Part shown: piece by piece, positions 8,299 to 16,767 of the stretch
Position numbering within the stretch: position 1 is the stretch's first letter
How the letters are laid out: each line of letters opens with the position of its first letter
IMG/VR virus record: IMGVR_UViG_3300048541_000085
Location: 1-57,599 of that record
Length of the DNA: 57,599 bases
From: a virus
Taxonomy: Duplodnaviria; Caudoviricetes
Reading direction: 5' to 3' (one strand)
Translations under genes and position numbers: made by a program
The notes under the pieces: model-generated
The model's input: only the letters and a program-made list of their open reading frames with translations
Databases searched by the model: none
Told to the model about the DNA's origin: nothing

Positions 8299-10091
8299 TG
8301 TCCACAACCTACTCTCCATCTGGCGTAAGGGTAAAGGTATATCCTTACGAAGACTTCCAAGGAATTGATGCCTCAAGAGATGTATCCGCTCTGGACACAG
8401 GGCAGAAACAGCACATGATTGAGATTGAAAATGGTTTTGCCGATTGGAGAGGCACCATTGTTAGAGAAGCTGGCGCAAAACAGCGTACAGAGGGCGACAA
8501 GCTCATCAAGCATCTCAACTTCTTTGGTAGAAACTTGGCAGTATGGGCGCAGAAGGAAGGCTCCGGCATCGCTTTGCAGTCAGAGCGTAGCGCAATAGTA
8601 AATGAAAACATAAACTCCAATACAATATTCCTGACGATAACCGAAAGGGGTAGCGGGTATGACCAAGCTAACCCCCCAACCGTTACCTTCTCAGCCCCAA
8701 CAGCGGATGGTGTTACTCCGTCAGTGGCCACAGGCACGGCGGTCATTGATGCTAATGGAGAGTTGGACAGTATAACAATTACATCTCAGGGTAATGGTTA
8801 CTTACCAGACCCCACGGTAACTGTTGATGCGCCAGCAACTGGCACAACAGCGTTAGTCACCGCGAAGATGGGCACAGATGTAAGGACAAGAACCCATTAT
8901 ATTGAGGGCGCATACCCAGCATCGTCCATTGTCACATCCACAGTTTTTAACAACTCCGCAATGTTCTTCTCTAGGGACAAGACCCCGTATAAGTATGATG
9001 GATTGCAATGGAAGAAAATTGAGGCAGGCTCAGACCCAAGACCAGCTTTCGGAGTTTCTATTCAACGCCGTCTCGCCATATCTGGTGCGCCAGCAAAAAG
9101 AACAGTTATCGACTTCAGCAGAGTTGACCAGCTTGTATTCCCAGAAGACGAAGACCCCGGCTCAACAGATGTATTGAAAGCCGCAGACATTGATATTGGA
9201 AACATTATCGGTACTGCCGATGAAATCAAGGGATTGGGGGTGTTTGAAAACAATCGTCTTGCTGTGTTCACGAATGACCAAACTCTTGTTTACCAGATAA
9301 GCCCAGACCTAACCCAATGGGCAATCGATGACAAGGCGAACATTAAGGTTGGAACCATTAGCCACAACACGATAGCAACAGCAGGCGCAGACCTGATGTT
9401 CTGTTCTCGTGAAGGCGTACACTCTTTAAGACGCTCAGACACAAACGGTATCACGATATTCTCGATACCTATGTCAAACAAGATTGACCTTGTGTACAGA
9501 GAGTATCTTGCTCTCGTCAGGGACAAAGAGCAGATAAACGCTTTCTATGACCAAGACGAAGGCCAGTATCATATATTCTTTCCTGTTTCGGATTTGATTT
9601 GTAAACGCTTAACAATAACACTCAACCCTATGCAGGGTGGAGAAAGTAAATGGTCTTCAGGCACATTCCTCAACGCTACTTGCGGCAGGCAACTGGGAGA
9701 AAACACTCTTCTGGGAACCCCCGGAGGTATATGGGAGCGTTCAGAGATTGAGGACATAGAAGAGTTTAGTCCAGAAATGGTGGTTACTACACCAATACTC
9801 TGGCAAGGGTCTATCAATGACACAAAAGAAAGCTATAGTTTTATATTGCAAGCCACAGGACAGGGCGAGTTACAGGTAGAGGCTTTTGACGAAAGAGGTC
9901 GATACCTTTCAGCATTGCAATTTTTAATTCAAGACGGAGGGGCGGACGACAAATTCCCCGATGTGCCGTTAAATAGACAGTACGAGAGAAGGTTTGAACA
10001 TCGCTATCGTGGTGTTCAGTTTAGATTTACCACGCGAGGCAAGGGGCTCTTGAAGATTATTGGCTTCGCTGTAACCGTAAGGCAGGGATAA
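8298..10091 (+). CDS. Putative tail nozzle / stabilisation protein (tail tubular B / P22 gp10-like)
   Basis: 597 aa, beta-rich; GTISHNTI...LMFCSREGVHSL motif typical of podovirus nozzle proteins; gene position. Confidence 0.6.
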   Translation: MSTTYSPSGVRVKVYPYEDFQGIDASRDVSALDTGQKQHMIEIENGFADWRGTIVREAGAKQRTEGDKLIKHLNFFGRNLAVWAQKEGSGIALQSERSAIVNENINSNTIFLTITERGSGYDQANPPTVTFSAPTADGVTPSVATGTAVIDANGELDSITITSQGNGYLPDPTVTVDAPATGTTALVTAKMGTDVRTRTHYIEGAYPASSIVTSTVFNNSAMFFSRDKTPYKYDGLQWKKIEAGSDPRPAFGVSIQRRLAISGAPAKRTVIDFSRVDQLVFPEDEDPGSTDVLKAADIDIGNIIGTADEIKGLGVFENNRLAVFTNDQTLVYQISPDLTQWAIDDKANIKVGTISHNTIATAGADLMFCSREGVHSLRRSDTNGITIFSIPMSNKIDLVYREYLALVRDKEQINAFYDQDEGQYHIFFPVSDLICKRLTITLNPMQGGESKWSSGTFLNATCGRQLGENTLLGTPGGIWERSEIEDIEEFSPEMVVTTPILWQGSINDTKESYSFILQATGQGELQVEAFDERGRYLSALQFLIQDGGADDKFPDVPLNRQYERRFEHRYRGVQFRFTTRGKGLLKIIGFAVTVRQG

Positions 10092-10092
10092 A

Positions 10093-11925
10093 ATGGCGCG
10101 ATTAAGACAACAGCACCCGCAGAATTATGTCAATTCGGGTAACATTCATACGGATTTTGAAAATGTAATCCGCTACTTAAACGCCGCAGAACTTGGCAAC
10201 AAGACTGTGGGTGAACTGCTGAAGGTTCTATTTAACGAAAGTGGCGACTTCCGTGGCCCAGTTGAGTTTCGGGTAGACAACCAAACAGGCTTGCAGTATC
10301 GCGTTGGTGAGTATGCAAACGATGACGAGGCTTGGATTACCCTCGTACAAATATCTGACCTTCGTGGCCCATCGGGCGCGAACACAGGAACCGTTGAAGG
10401 GCCGCTATTTTTTAATCGCCAAGATAGCGTTGTTTCAACAGGCATCTCTGGCGGTGTTTTTACAATCACAAGCGGAGGAACTGGATACACTGTTGCGCCA
10501 ACAATATCATTCAGCAATCCAGACGGAGACCCCATCAATGGTGTGAACCCATCCGCTACATGTACAATAGATGTCAACGGCCTTGTCGATACAATCACAA
10601 TGGTAAGCCCCGGTTCGGGCTACCTAACGCCACCAACAATGACATTTACGCCACCCACAACTGGTACTACAGCTACTGCAACAGTTACGCTGGGTGCCAT
10701 TGCGGCAACTTCAAATGTAATCTCTTACACATTTGACCCGACAACTGACGACATTGTTGTTTACAAGAACGGCCTGTTGCAGACTGAAAGTGCTCCATCA
10801 AGTGAGTACACAAAAAGTTCTGCCAACAACGAGGTTACGCTTGCGGCAGTACAGTTGGCTGACAAGATTACAATCTACTCAATACGTTCGCAGGCCGTCA
10901 CAAACTTCCGCAGGCTTGACGAGACAATCGCACAGGCCAAGACGAGCGTAACATTTATTCACACAGCAAACGAAAAGCTGTTGGTTTACAAAAACGGTAT
11001 CTTGCAAGAAGAGGGTGGTAATGATGACTACCTGACAAACCCTGCTACCGCCACCATTACATTCACAAGCACACTGATAGTGGGCGACAAGGTTTCCGTT
11101 ATCACAGTTGAAAACCAGTCCTTGAAAACAGTGGCTGGTCTAATGTTTGAAGACGAATACACGGACACAAGTGGATTCATCAGGTATGCAAAACTTGCCA
11201 TAGACAATAACGAAATTCCACAAACAAAGGTTTCCAATCTTGCTACCTCCCTTGCAGGCAAGGCAAACCTTTTGTCATCCAACTCGTCCCCGACATCCCC
11301 AGCTACTGGAGATTTGTGGTTGGATATCTCACAGGTTCCAGCGATTTTGAAGTTCTACGATGGTACGCAGTGGCTAGAGACCTCCCCAGAAAGCTCACTG
11401 CCAACCTTCGTGCAATCAAATGCAAACCAGTACGTTCGTGTGAACGGCACAGGCACTGCGCTTGAGTACGGGGACTTGGACTTCACATCGCTGGTTCCTA
11501 AAACATTCATGGGCGCACAGAACGGTGTTGCCAGCTTGGACAGTAGCTCAAAGATACCTGTTGCCCAGTTGCCTGACATCTTTGCCACAACCACACTGCC
11601 ATTCAAAAATCAGTGGGAAGACACCAGTGCCACAGTGACGAACAAAACATATTTCATAACTCGTGTTTGGAAACAGAAACTCCGTATTGATGGCATCAAC
11701 TACCAGCTATCTGGCGGTACAGCCACCATCCAGCTTTCTTTGGACGGAACTCCCATTTCAGGAACAACCCTAAACGCGACAACAACGAACCAATCACAGA
11801 GCTTTAGCCAGATTATTGAGGTTGACGGAAACACTTCAGGTCGCCGATTGGAGGTCGTGGTAACAAACGCCTCGTCCGCATCTGGCCTTGAGCTTGGTGT
11901 AGCGGCGGCAACACTATCGGTATAG
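10093..11925 (+). CDS. Tail fibre/spike protein
   Basis: 610 aa; T/S-rich; two VYKNG...DY repeats, PTSPATGDLW and NGVASLD..KIP..QLP tail-fibre motifs. Confidence 0.7.
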   Translation: MARLRQQHPQNYVNSGNIHTDFENVIRYLNAAELGNKTVGELLKVLFNESGDFRGPVEFRVDNQTGLQYRVGEYANDDEAWITLVQISDLRGPSGANTGTVEGPLFFNRQDSVVSTGISGGVFTITSGGTGYTVAPTISFSNPDGDPINGVNPSATCTIDVNGLVDTITMVSPGSGYLTPPTMTFTPPTTGTTATATVTLGAIAATSNVISYTFDPTTDDIVVYKNGLLQTESAPSSEYTKSSANNEVTLAAVQLADKITIYSIRSQAVTNFRRLDETIAQAKTSVTFIHTANEKLLVYKNGILQEEGGNDDYLTNPATATITFTSTLIVGDKVSVITVENQSLKTVAGLMFEDEYTDTSGFIRYAKLAIDNNEIPQTKVSNLATSLAGKANLLSSNSSPTSPATGDLWLDISQVPAILKFYDGTQWLETSPESSLPTFVQSNANQYVRVNGTGTALEYGDLDFTSLVPKTFMGAQNGVASLDSSSKIPVAQLPDIFATTTLPFKNQWEDTSATVTNKTYFITRVWKQKLRIDGINYQLSGGTATIQLSLDGTPISGTTLNATTTNQSQSFSQIIEVDGNTSGRRLEVVVTNASSASGLELGVAAATLSV

Positions 11926-11935
11926 GTGTGACACA

Positions 11936-13282
11936 ATGCCAAACGAACGCAAGAACACAACATTATCTGGACAGCCCAGACTTGAAGATAGCTACGGAGT
12001 CCGAGAGGCACTCGATGACTATGGGCCAGTGTCAAACTTCATGCGTTGGTACAACGAAAACGTCATGGGCAAACCAGCACATGATGACGAAATACCCCTC
12101 ATGCCTCCCGGTCTCGGCGGTCTCGGATTTGATGTTCTTAGCAATGACCCAGACAGAAAAACACAACAACAACTTATCGAAGAAGAACGTGAGGCGTTTG
12201 ACGAGATACGAAAGCGCAGGCAATTTAAGGACAGTACCATGAATAATTTAATTGACGGCGATGACATGATGGATTTTGACTTTGCGTCTGCAAGAAAAGA
12301 TACGCAGATGGCGAAGACACAGCCGGGTGACTTGATTATCCCAGCAGAGTTACAGGGCATGAACCCAGAACTTTATCAAGCGTTCCGCGCTGGGTTGTTC
12401 ATGGAGGGCATAGACCCAGACGAATTTACATCTGGCTCTTCCAAAGTAAAAATAAACCCCGTAACTGGAGAAGAGCAATACTTCCTTAACAAGATTGCTA
12501 AGGCTATCAAGAAGACTGTCAAGAAGGTTGCTTCAAACCCCATAGGTCGCACACTAATCAACGTGGGTGCCGCCACACTGTCAGGCGGAAACCCATACGT
12601 TATCGGTGCAACGAACGCATTGACTGCAAAGGCGGCAGGCGCAAACGACACAACAGCCGCCCTGTCCGGCCTTGGTGCTGGGTTTGGTTCCAGCATGATG
12701 AACAACGCCGCAGGCGGTACTGGCGTGATGAGCAAGATTGCTCCCACAGGAACTATCAATAATTCATTGTCCACAGCTTCAACAGGGTTTGGTTCAGGTA
12801 TTACAAACTATGTGAAAACCCTCGGAGCGCAAGGTCTTGCTGGTCTGGGGCAGATGGGCAATTTAGGTAGCACACTAGCTATGAACATAGGTAACACATC
12901 CTTGGCTTCACTAGCTGGAGCGCAGTTGGGTGGCGGGCTTGGCTCTATGGCAGGCATGATGATTTCACCGCCAGCGATGCAGGCCATGCCAGACATGGCA
13001 TCCTTTGCTCAACAAAACGCATCAGCATTACCTAATGTCGCTACAGGCGGAAACTTGCCGTACAGTACAGGGGTGAACTACACATACGCTCCACAAACTC
13101 AAATGCCTTATTTCAACCCAATGATGGGTGGTATGGGTGGTGGGCCTAGCTACGTTTCAGCAGGCATGAACAATCGTGGACAGATGATGAACTACGCCAG
13201 CAACATGTTTGGTAATCGTCTTGCTGAAAATTCAAGACGAAGTGGTCTTTCAGGTTTTGGTCAGGGGATAACATTTTACTAG
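11936..13282 (+). CDS. Putative ejection (internal virion/pilot) protein
   Basis: 448 aa, no Cys, INPVTG motif then an amphipathic helix and G/A-rich hydrophobic segments. Confidence 0.55.
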   Translation: MPNERKNTTLSGQPRLEDSYGVREALDDYGPVSNFMRWYNENVMGKPAHDDEIPLMPPGLGGLGFDVLSNDPDRKTQQQLIEEEREAFDEIRKRRQFKDSTMNNLIDGDDMMDFDFASARKDTQMAKTQPGDLIIPAELQGMNPELYQAFRAGLFMEGIDPDEFTSGSSKVKINPVTGEEQYFLNKIAKAIKKTVKKVASNPIGRTLINVGAATLSGGNPYVIGATNALTAKAAGANDTTAALSGLGAGFGSSMMNNAAGGTGVMSKIAPTGTINNSLSTASTGFGSGITNYVKTLGAQGLAGLGQMGNLGSTLAMNIGNTSLASLAGAQLGGGLGSMAGMMISPPAMQAMPDMASFAQQNASALPNVATGGNLPYSTGVNYTYAPQTQMPYFNPMMGGMGGGPSYVSAGMNNRGQMMNYASNMFGNRLAENSRRSGLSGFGQGITFY

Positions 13283-13723
13283 ATGATAAGAGACGCGGAG
13301 CATGACGATGTTGAAGAGTGTTTGGAATTGGGTCACAGAATGTACTTGGCAAGCCAGTACAGCAGTCTCCCTTGGAGTTCGGAAAAGTGTAGGCGGCTTG
13401 GCCATGCGTTTGTCGAACGCGAAGACCGCTACTTCAAACTTTATGAAAAAGATAATCGCCCAGTTGGCTTCTGTATGGGGGGGATTGAAGACCTCATTTT
13501 TAGCGAAGAGCACATGGGCAAAGAATACTTGTTGTTCACTTCTGAAGAAGTTCCGTTGGTGGGACTAAGGTTAATGAGAGACTTTGAGAAGTGGTGTATA
13601 GGATGGGGTGTTATGGAGATTGATTTTTCCACAACATCGCAAGGAGAAGACGAGCGGTTTGAGGCTTTCGCAAATCGTCTTGGATATCGCCAAGCTGGGC
13701 GGCATTGGAAAAGGAGACTGTAA
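13283..13723 (+). CDS. GNAT-family acetyltransferase-like protein
   Basis: 146 aa; MIRDA...D start, PVGF strand, GLRLMRDFEKW, RLGY motif; located in the ejection cassette. Confidence 0.7.
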   Translation: MIRDAEHDDVEECLELGHRMYLASQYSSLPWSSEKCRRLGHAFVEREDRYFKLYEKDNRPVGFCMGGIEDLIFSEEHMGKEYLLFTSEEVPLVGLRLMRDFEKWCIGWGVMEIDFSTTSQGEDERFEAFANRLGYRQAGRHWKRRL

Positions 13724-14925
13724 TGGGTGACGGGCCAAGCGGTGGTGATAGCGACCAAGTAAACACCACCACCAACACAAACAAAAAAAGCACAGGCACT
13801 GGCAAGACCGTTGCAATGGATAGCTATGAAGTCGAGGCCATGGCCGAAGAGGAAGCCTCAAAAGGCTATAGCTCTGGTTTCTATGGTAATGAAGGTACAG
13901 ACAGTAGCGGCAACCGAGTTTTCAGCGAGACATACAAGTCTGGCAACTGGAACAATGCGCCCACAAAAACCAGAACATATACAGGCACAGATACAGGCTT
14001 CACAAACACAATCATGGGTTCTGCAAACCCCCAAGAAGCCTTGTATGATTACTCAAATAAAGTCCGCTCTGGAACTGCGGGCAAGGTTACAAACGCAGAG
14101 CTAAATGCTTTAGAAGCACAAGGTCTTGATACTTTTGGTATGGGTCTTAGGGGGACAGAAGGTTTTGGTGGCAAGATGGGCCATGATGACTACGGCACTC
14201 CAATGAGCCGACAGTCATACAATCCCGGCTTTTTGAACCAAGGCGGAGACCCCACAGACGAAGCCCAACGGGTAAACAACCCTATGATGTCTGGCTTGGT
14301 CGGCCTTATGGCTGGCATGACACCCATCGGAACAATCGCGAAGGGTGCGCAGATGTTTGGGTTGGCCGACCCAATTGGCTCACCGCCAACCAACATGATG
14401 GGAAAAATATCTGGTGCTCTGACAATGGGTTTAACAAACCCAGCAAACCCTGACTTGTATGATGCTGGTAATTACACGCAAGCAGTTGACAGGGCGGCGG
14501 CTACCAGTCAGATGGGTGTAGAATTTGACCGCTCTAAAGGTTCTATGTTTAGCCCCGGAGGGCAAGACAAAGATAACGAAGCTGGCACAGTAGGGCAAAA
14601 CCTAAACTCTGGCGGTAGCGGTGGAGGCACCTCATCAAGTGGAGGAGGAAGCGGTAGCACCCCTAACTATGATGCGGCGGCAACAGTAACAGGCTTTGAC
14701 ATGAATGGTGGTGGTGCCGGAAACGCGATGGTCAACTACCTTAGTAACATGGGACGAAACAGAAGCACTGGAAATGTTACAGTGGATGCAGACAAACAGA
14801 ACTTCGGCGCGTTCAGAAGGATGAATTTTGACAACTTCAATGTTGGAGACCAGCAAAACTTTGACCTCAGCGATTGGCGTAAGAGTAGACGCTTTGGTGC
14901 TGGGTTCTTTAACATGTTCAAATAG
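13723..14925 (+). CDS. Putative ejection protein
   Basis: 400 aa from ATG 13723 (TAATG coupling, AGGAG RBS); G/S/N-rich, no Cys. Confidence 0.55.
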   Translation: MGDGPSGGDSDQVNTTTNTNKKSTGTGKTVAMDSYEVEAMAEEEASKGYSSGFYGNEGTDSSGNRVFSETYKSGNWNNAPTKTRTYTGTDTGFTNTIMGSANPQEALYDYSNKVRSGTAGKVTNAELNALEAQGLDTFGMGLRGTEGFGGKMGHDDYGTPMSRQSYNPGFLNQGGDPTDEAQRVNNPMMSGLVGLMAGMTPIGTIAKGAQMFGLADPIGSPPTNMMGKISGALTMGLTNPANPDLYDAGNYTQAVDRAAATSQMGVEFDRSKGSMFSPGGQDKDNEAGTVGQNLNSGGSGGGTSSSGGGSGSTPNYDAAATVTGFDMNGGGAGNAMVNYLSNMGRNRSTGNVTVDADKQNFGAFRRMNFDNFNVGDQQNFDLSDWRKSRRFGAGFFNMFK

Positions 14926-14934
14926 GAGTAGACA

Positions 14935-15945
14935 ATGCGCGACCCGTTTATGATTAAAAAGCCTTGGAGCGATGCTCCCGGAATGGAAGAGTTCTATGAC
15001 AGCCTAGACCCAATGGAATTAAAGATGGGTCTTTTCGGCGGCGGCTCTGGCGGTAACGATGGCGGTGGCGGGCCTCCAAACAGAACTCGCGCACCTAACA
15101 ATCGCAACCGCAACCGCAACAACAACAACAACAACGATGGCGGCAACGATGGCGGTGGCTACAACGCACCACGGCCAGCAAACAGACGGCCAACACCTCA
15201 ATACAAGGCACAGTCTGCGGGGCCAAAGGGATATTCCTTCGGCGGCGGACAACCACAGCCGGGTGCGGCGGCAGGGCAAGAGGGTACAGGATACCGCGCT
15301 GGCGTTATGCCATCGGGTGCTCAAGGTTTTGCTGGTGGACAGAGGCGTGGAGAAGGTGCTTTCGTAAGAGGGAGCGATGGAACATTACGGCGTTCAGCCG
15401 AGTTCCAGAGAAAAGAAGACCTTTACGGACAAGAGGGCTTACGGTATGACCCCACAGCCTTTTATGCAAGTGGCATCCGTGGATTTGGCCAAGGCCGTCA
15501 AGCTGTAGAACAGGGAAGACGAATTGAAAGCATGTCTGAAAGCGGCGTTCCTATTGACGGAGAATTTTCTGTAGAGCGTCAGCAATACGCGGACGCAGTT
15601 GGCGGCGGCGAAGTTGGCGTTGGTGAACAGGGCTTCGGACGCAGGGCGATGCTTGGCGGCGAAGGTGAGGTTGCTGAAAACTTATCTGGGGAAGAGAACT
15701 ACCAGACAGAAATGCCAGCAGAGGTAGCTGGTTCAGACCTAGAGGGCGACCCCGGTGCTCCACCTATAACACCGCAGTCCAACATTATACCTGACGTAAA
15801 CTATTTGGTTCCAACGGTTGAGCGAGACGAACAGTCAATGAGCTTTATACCCGGCGAAAGTGCTGGGCAAGTAGCAACCGGGCCACTGTCTAGGAATCTC
15901 ACTGGTTCAAGACGAGGTTTTGGCTCAAGTATCGTAGTTTATTAG
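14935..15945 (+). CDS. Putative ejection protein, low complexity
   Basis: 336 aa; AGGAG RBS; G/N/R-rich disordered sequence, no Cys. Confidence 0.55.
   Translation: MRDPFMIKKPWSDAPGMEEFYDSLDPMELKMGLFGGGSGGNDGGGGPPNRTRAPNNRNRNRNNNNNNDGGNDGGGYNAPRPANRRPTPQYKAQSAGPKGYSFGGGQPQPGAAAGQEGTGYRAGVMPSGAQGFAGGQRRGEGAFVRGSDGTLRRSAEFQRKEDLYGQEGLRYDPTAFYASGIRGFGQGRQAVEQGRRIESMSESGVPIDGEFSVERQQYADAVGGGEVGVGEQGFGRRAMLGGEGEVAENLSGEENYQTEMPAEVAGSDLEGDPGAPPITPQSNIIPDVNYLVPTVERDEQSMSFIPGESAGQVATGPLSRNLTGSRRGFGSSIVVY
15097..15159 (+). repeat. Coding microsatellite (CGCAAC)n/(AAC)n and AACGATGGCGG repeat
   Basis: Encodes NNRNRNRNNNNNNDGGNDGGG. Confidence 0.8.
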
Positions 15946-15955
15946 GAGGGCTGAA

Positions 15956-16759
15956 ATGTCATTTGGTGATGTGCTCGGCGCAGTAACAGGGAATAGTTTT
16001 CTTGGTGATATAGGTCAGGCTGGTTTCGACATGTACAATTCTGTGCAGGCGAACAATGAGCGTGAGGAAGTGCGCCAACAGCAAAATGCAATGACCCGCA
16101 TGAGGCTACAGCAAGAAGCCGCAGAACGAGCCGAACAGGTTGCGTTGCGTAACAGGCTTTTACAGCAGTCAACCAACCTTTCTGAAGCACTCGGCAATGT
16201 GTACAATTTTCTTGGCATGCCATATCAAGCAGACCCAAGACGAATTACACAGGACTACCTCGCTCTACGAAATCAAAACTACGGTGATGTAGACAGACTC
16301 CTTACAATGATAGGCTCAAAAGGCACCGCAAGCGCAATAACTCGTGGCGTAGAGGGCGGCGTGATGGACTTCGAGAAGCAACAGCTTGCTCGTAAGTATA
16401 GCGATGTTTACCAGAAGGCAGACCAAAGCGCATACGATGCCTCTATCGCTCGCAACAAGTCTTTGGTGGACACGCTAAACACCAGCAGACAAAACACAGT
16501 GGGCGAGATAAAAGATTTGTACGGCACGCAGTTCGAGATGGAGAAGGGTCTCTACAAGGGTAGTTCTGGAAGAGACGCCACTAGCGCACTGAACCAGATG
16601 TCACAGGACTCCTACAAGGTCGCTGACAGTGCTACAGACATGATGGGCAAGAGCTTCGGTGCTGTAGTAGAGCGATTAGAAAAAGACGCATACGACCAAA
16701 CCGTTAAACAAACCTTGGCGAGAGCAACTCAAAACCAAGGGGCACCAATTTTTACATAG
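15956..16759 (+). CDS. Putative ejection protein
   Basis: 267 aa; AGGAGG RBS; hydrophobic Gly-rich N-terminus then coiled coil; no Cys. Confidence 0.6.
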   Translation: MSFGDVLGAVTGNSFLGDIGQAGFDMYNSVQANNEREEVRQQQNAMTRMRLQQEAAERAEQVALRNRLLQQSTNLSEALGNVYNFLGMPYQADPRRITQDYLALRNQNYGDVDRLLTMIGSKGTASAITRGVEGGVMDFEKQQLARKYSDVYQKADQSAYDASIARNKSLVDTLNTSRQNTVGEIKDLYGTQFEMEKGLYKGSSGRDATSALNQMSQDSYKVADSATDMMGKSFGAVVERLEKDAYDQTVKQTLARATQNQGAPIFT

Positions 16760-16767
16760 GTTAAAAT

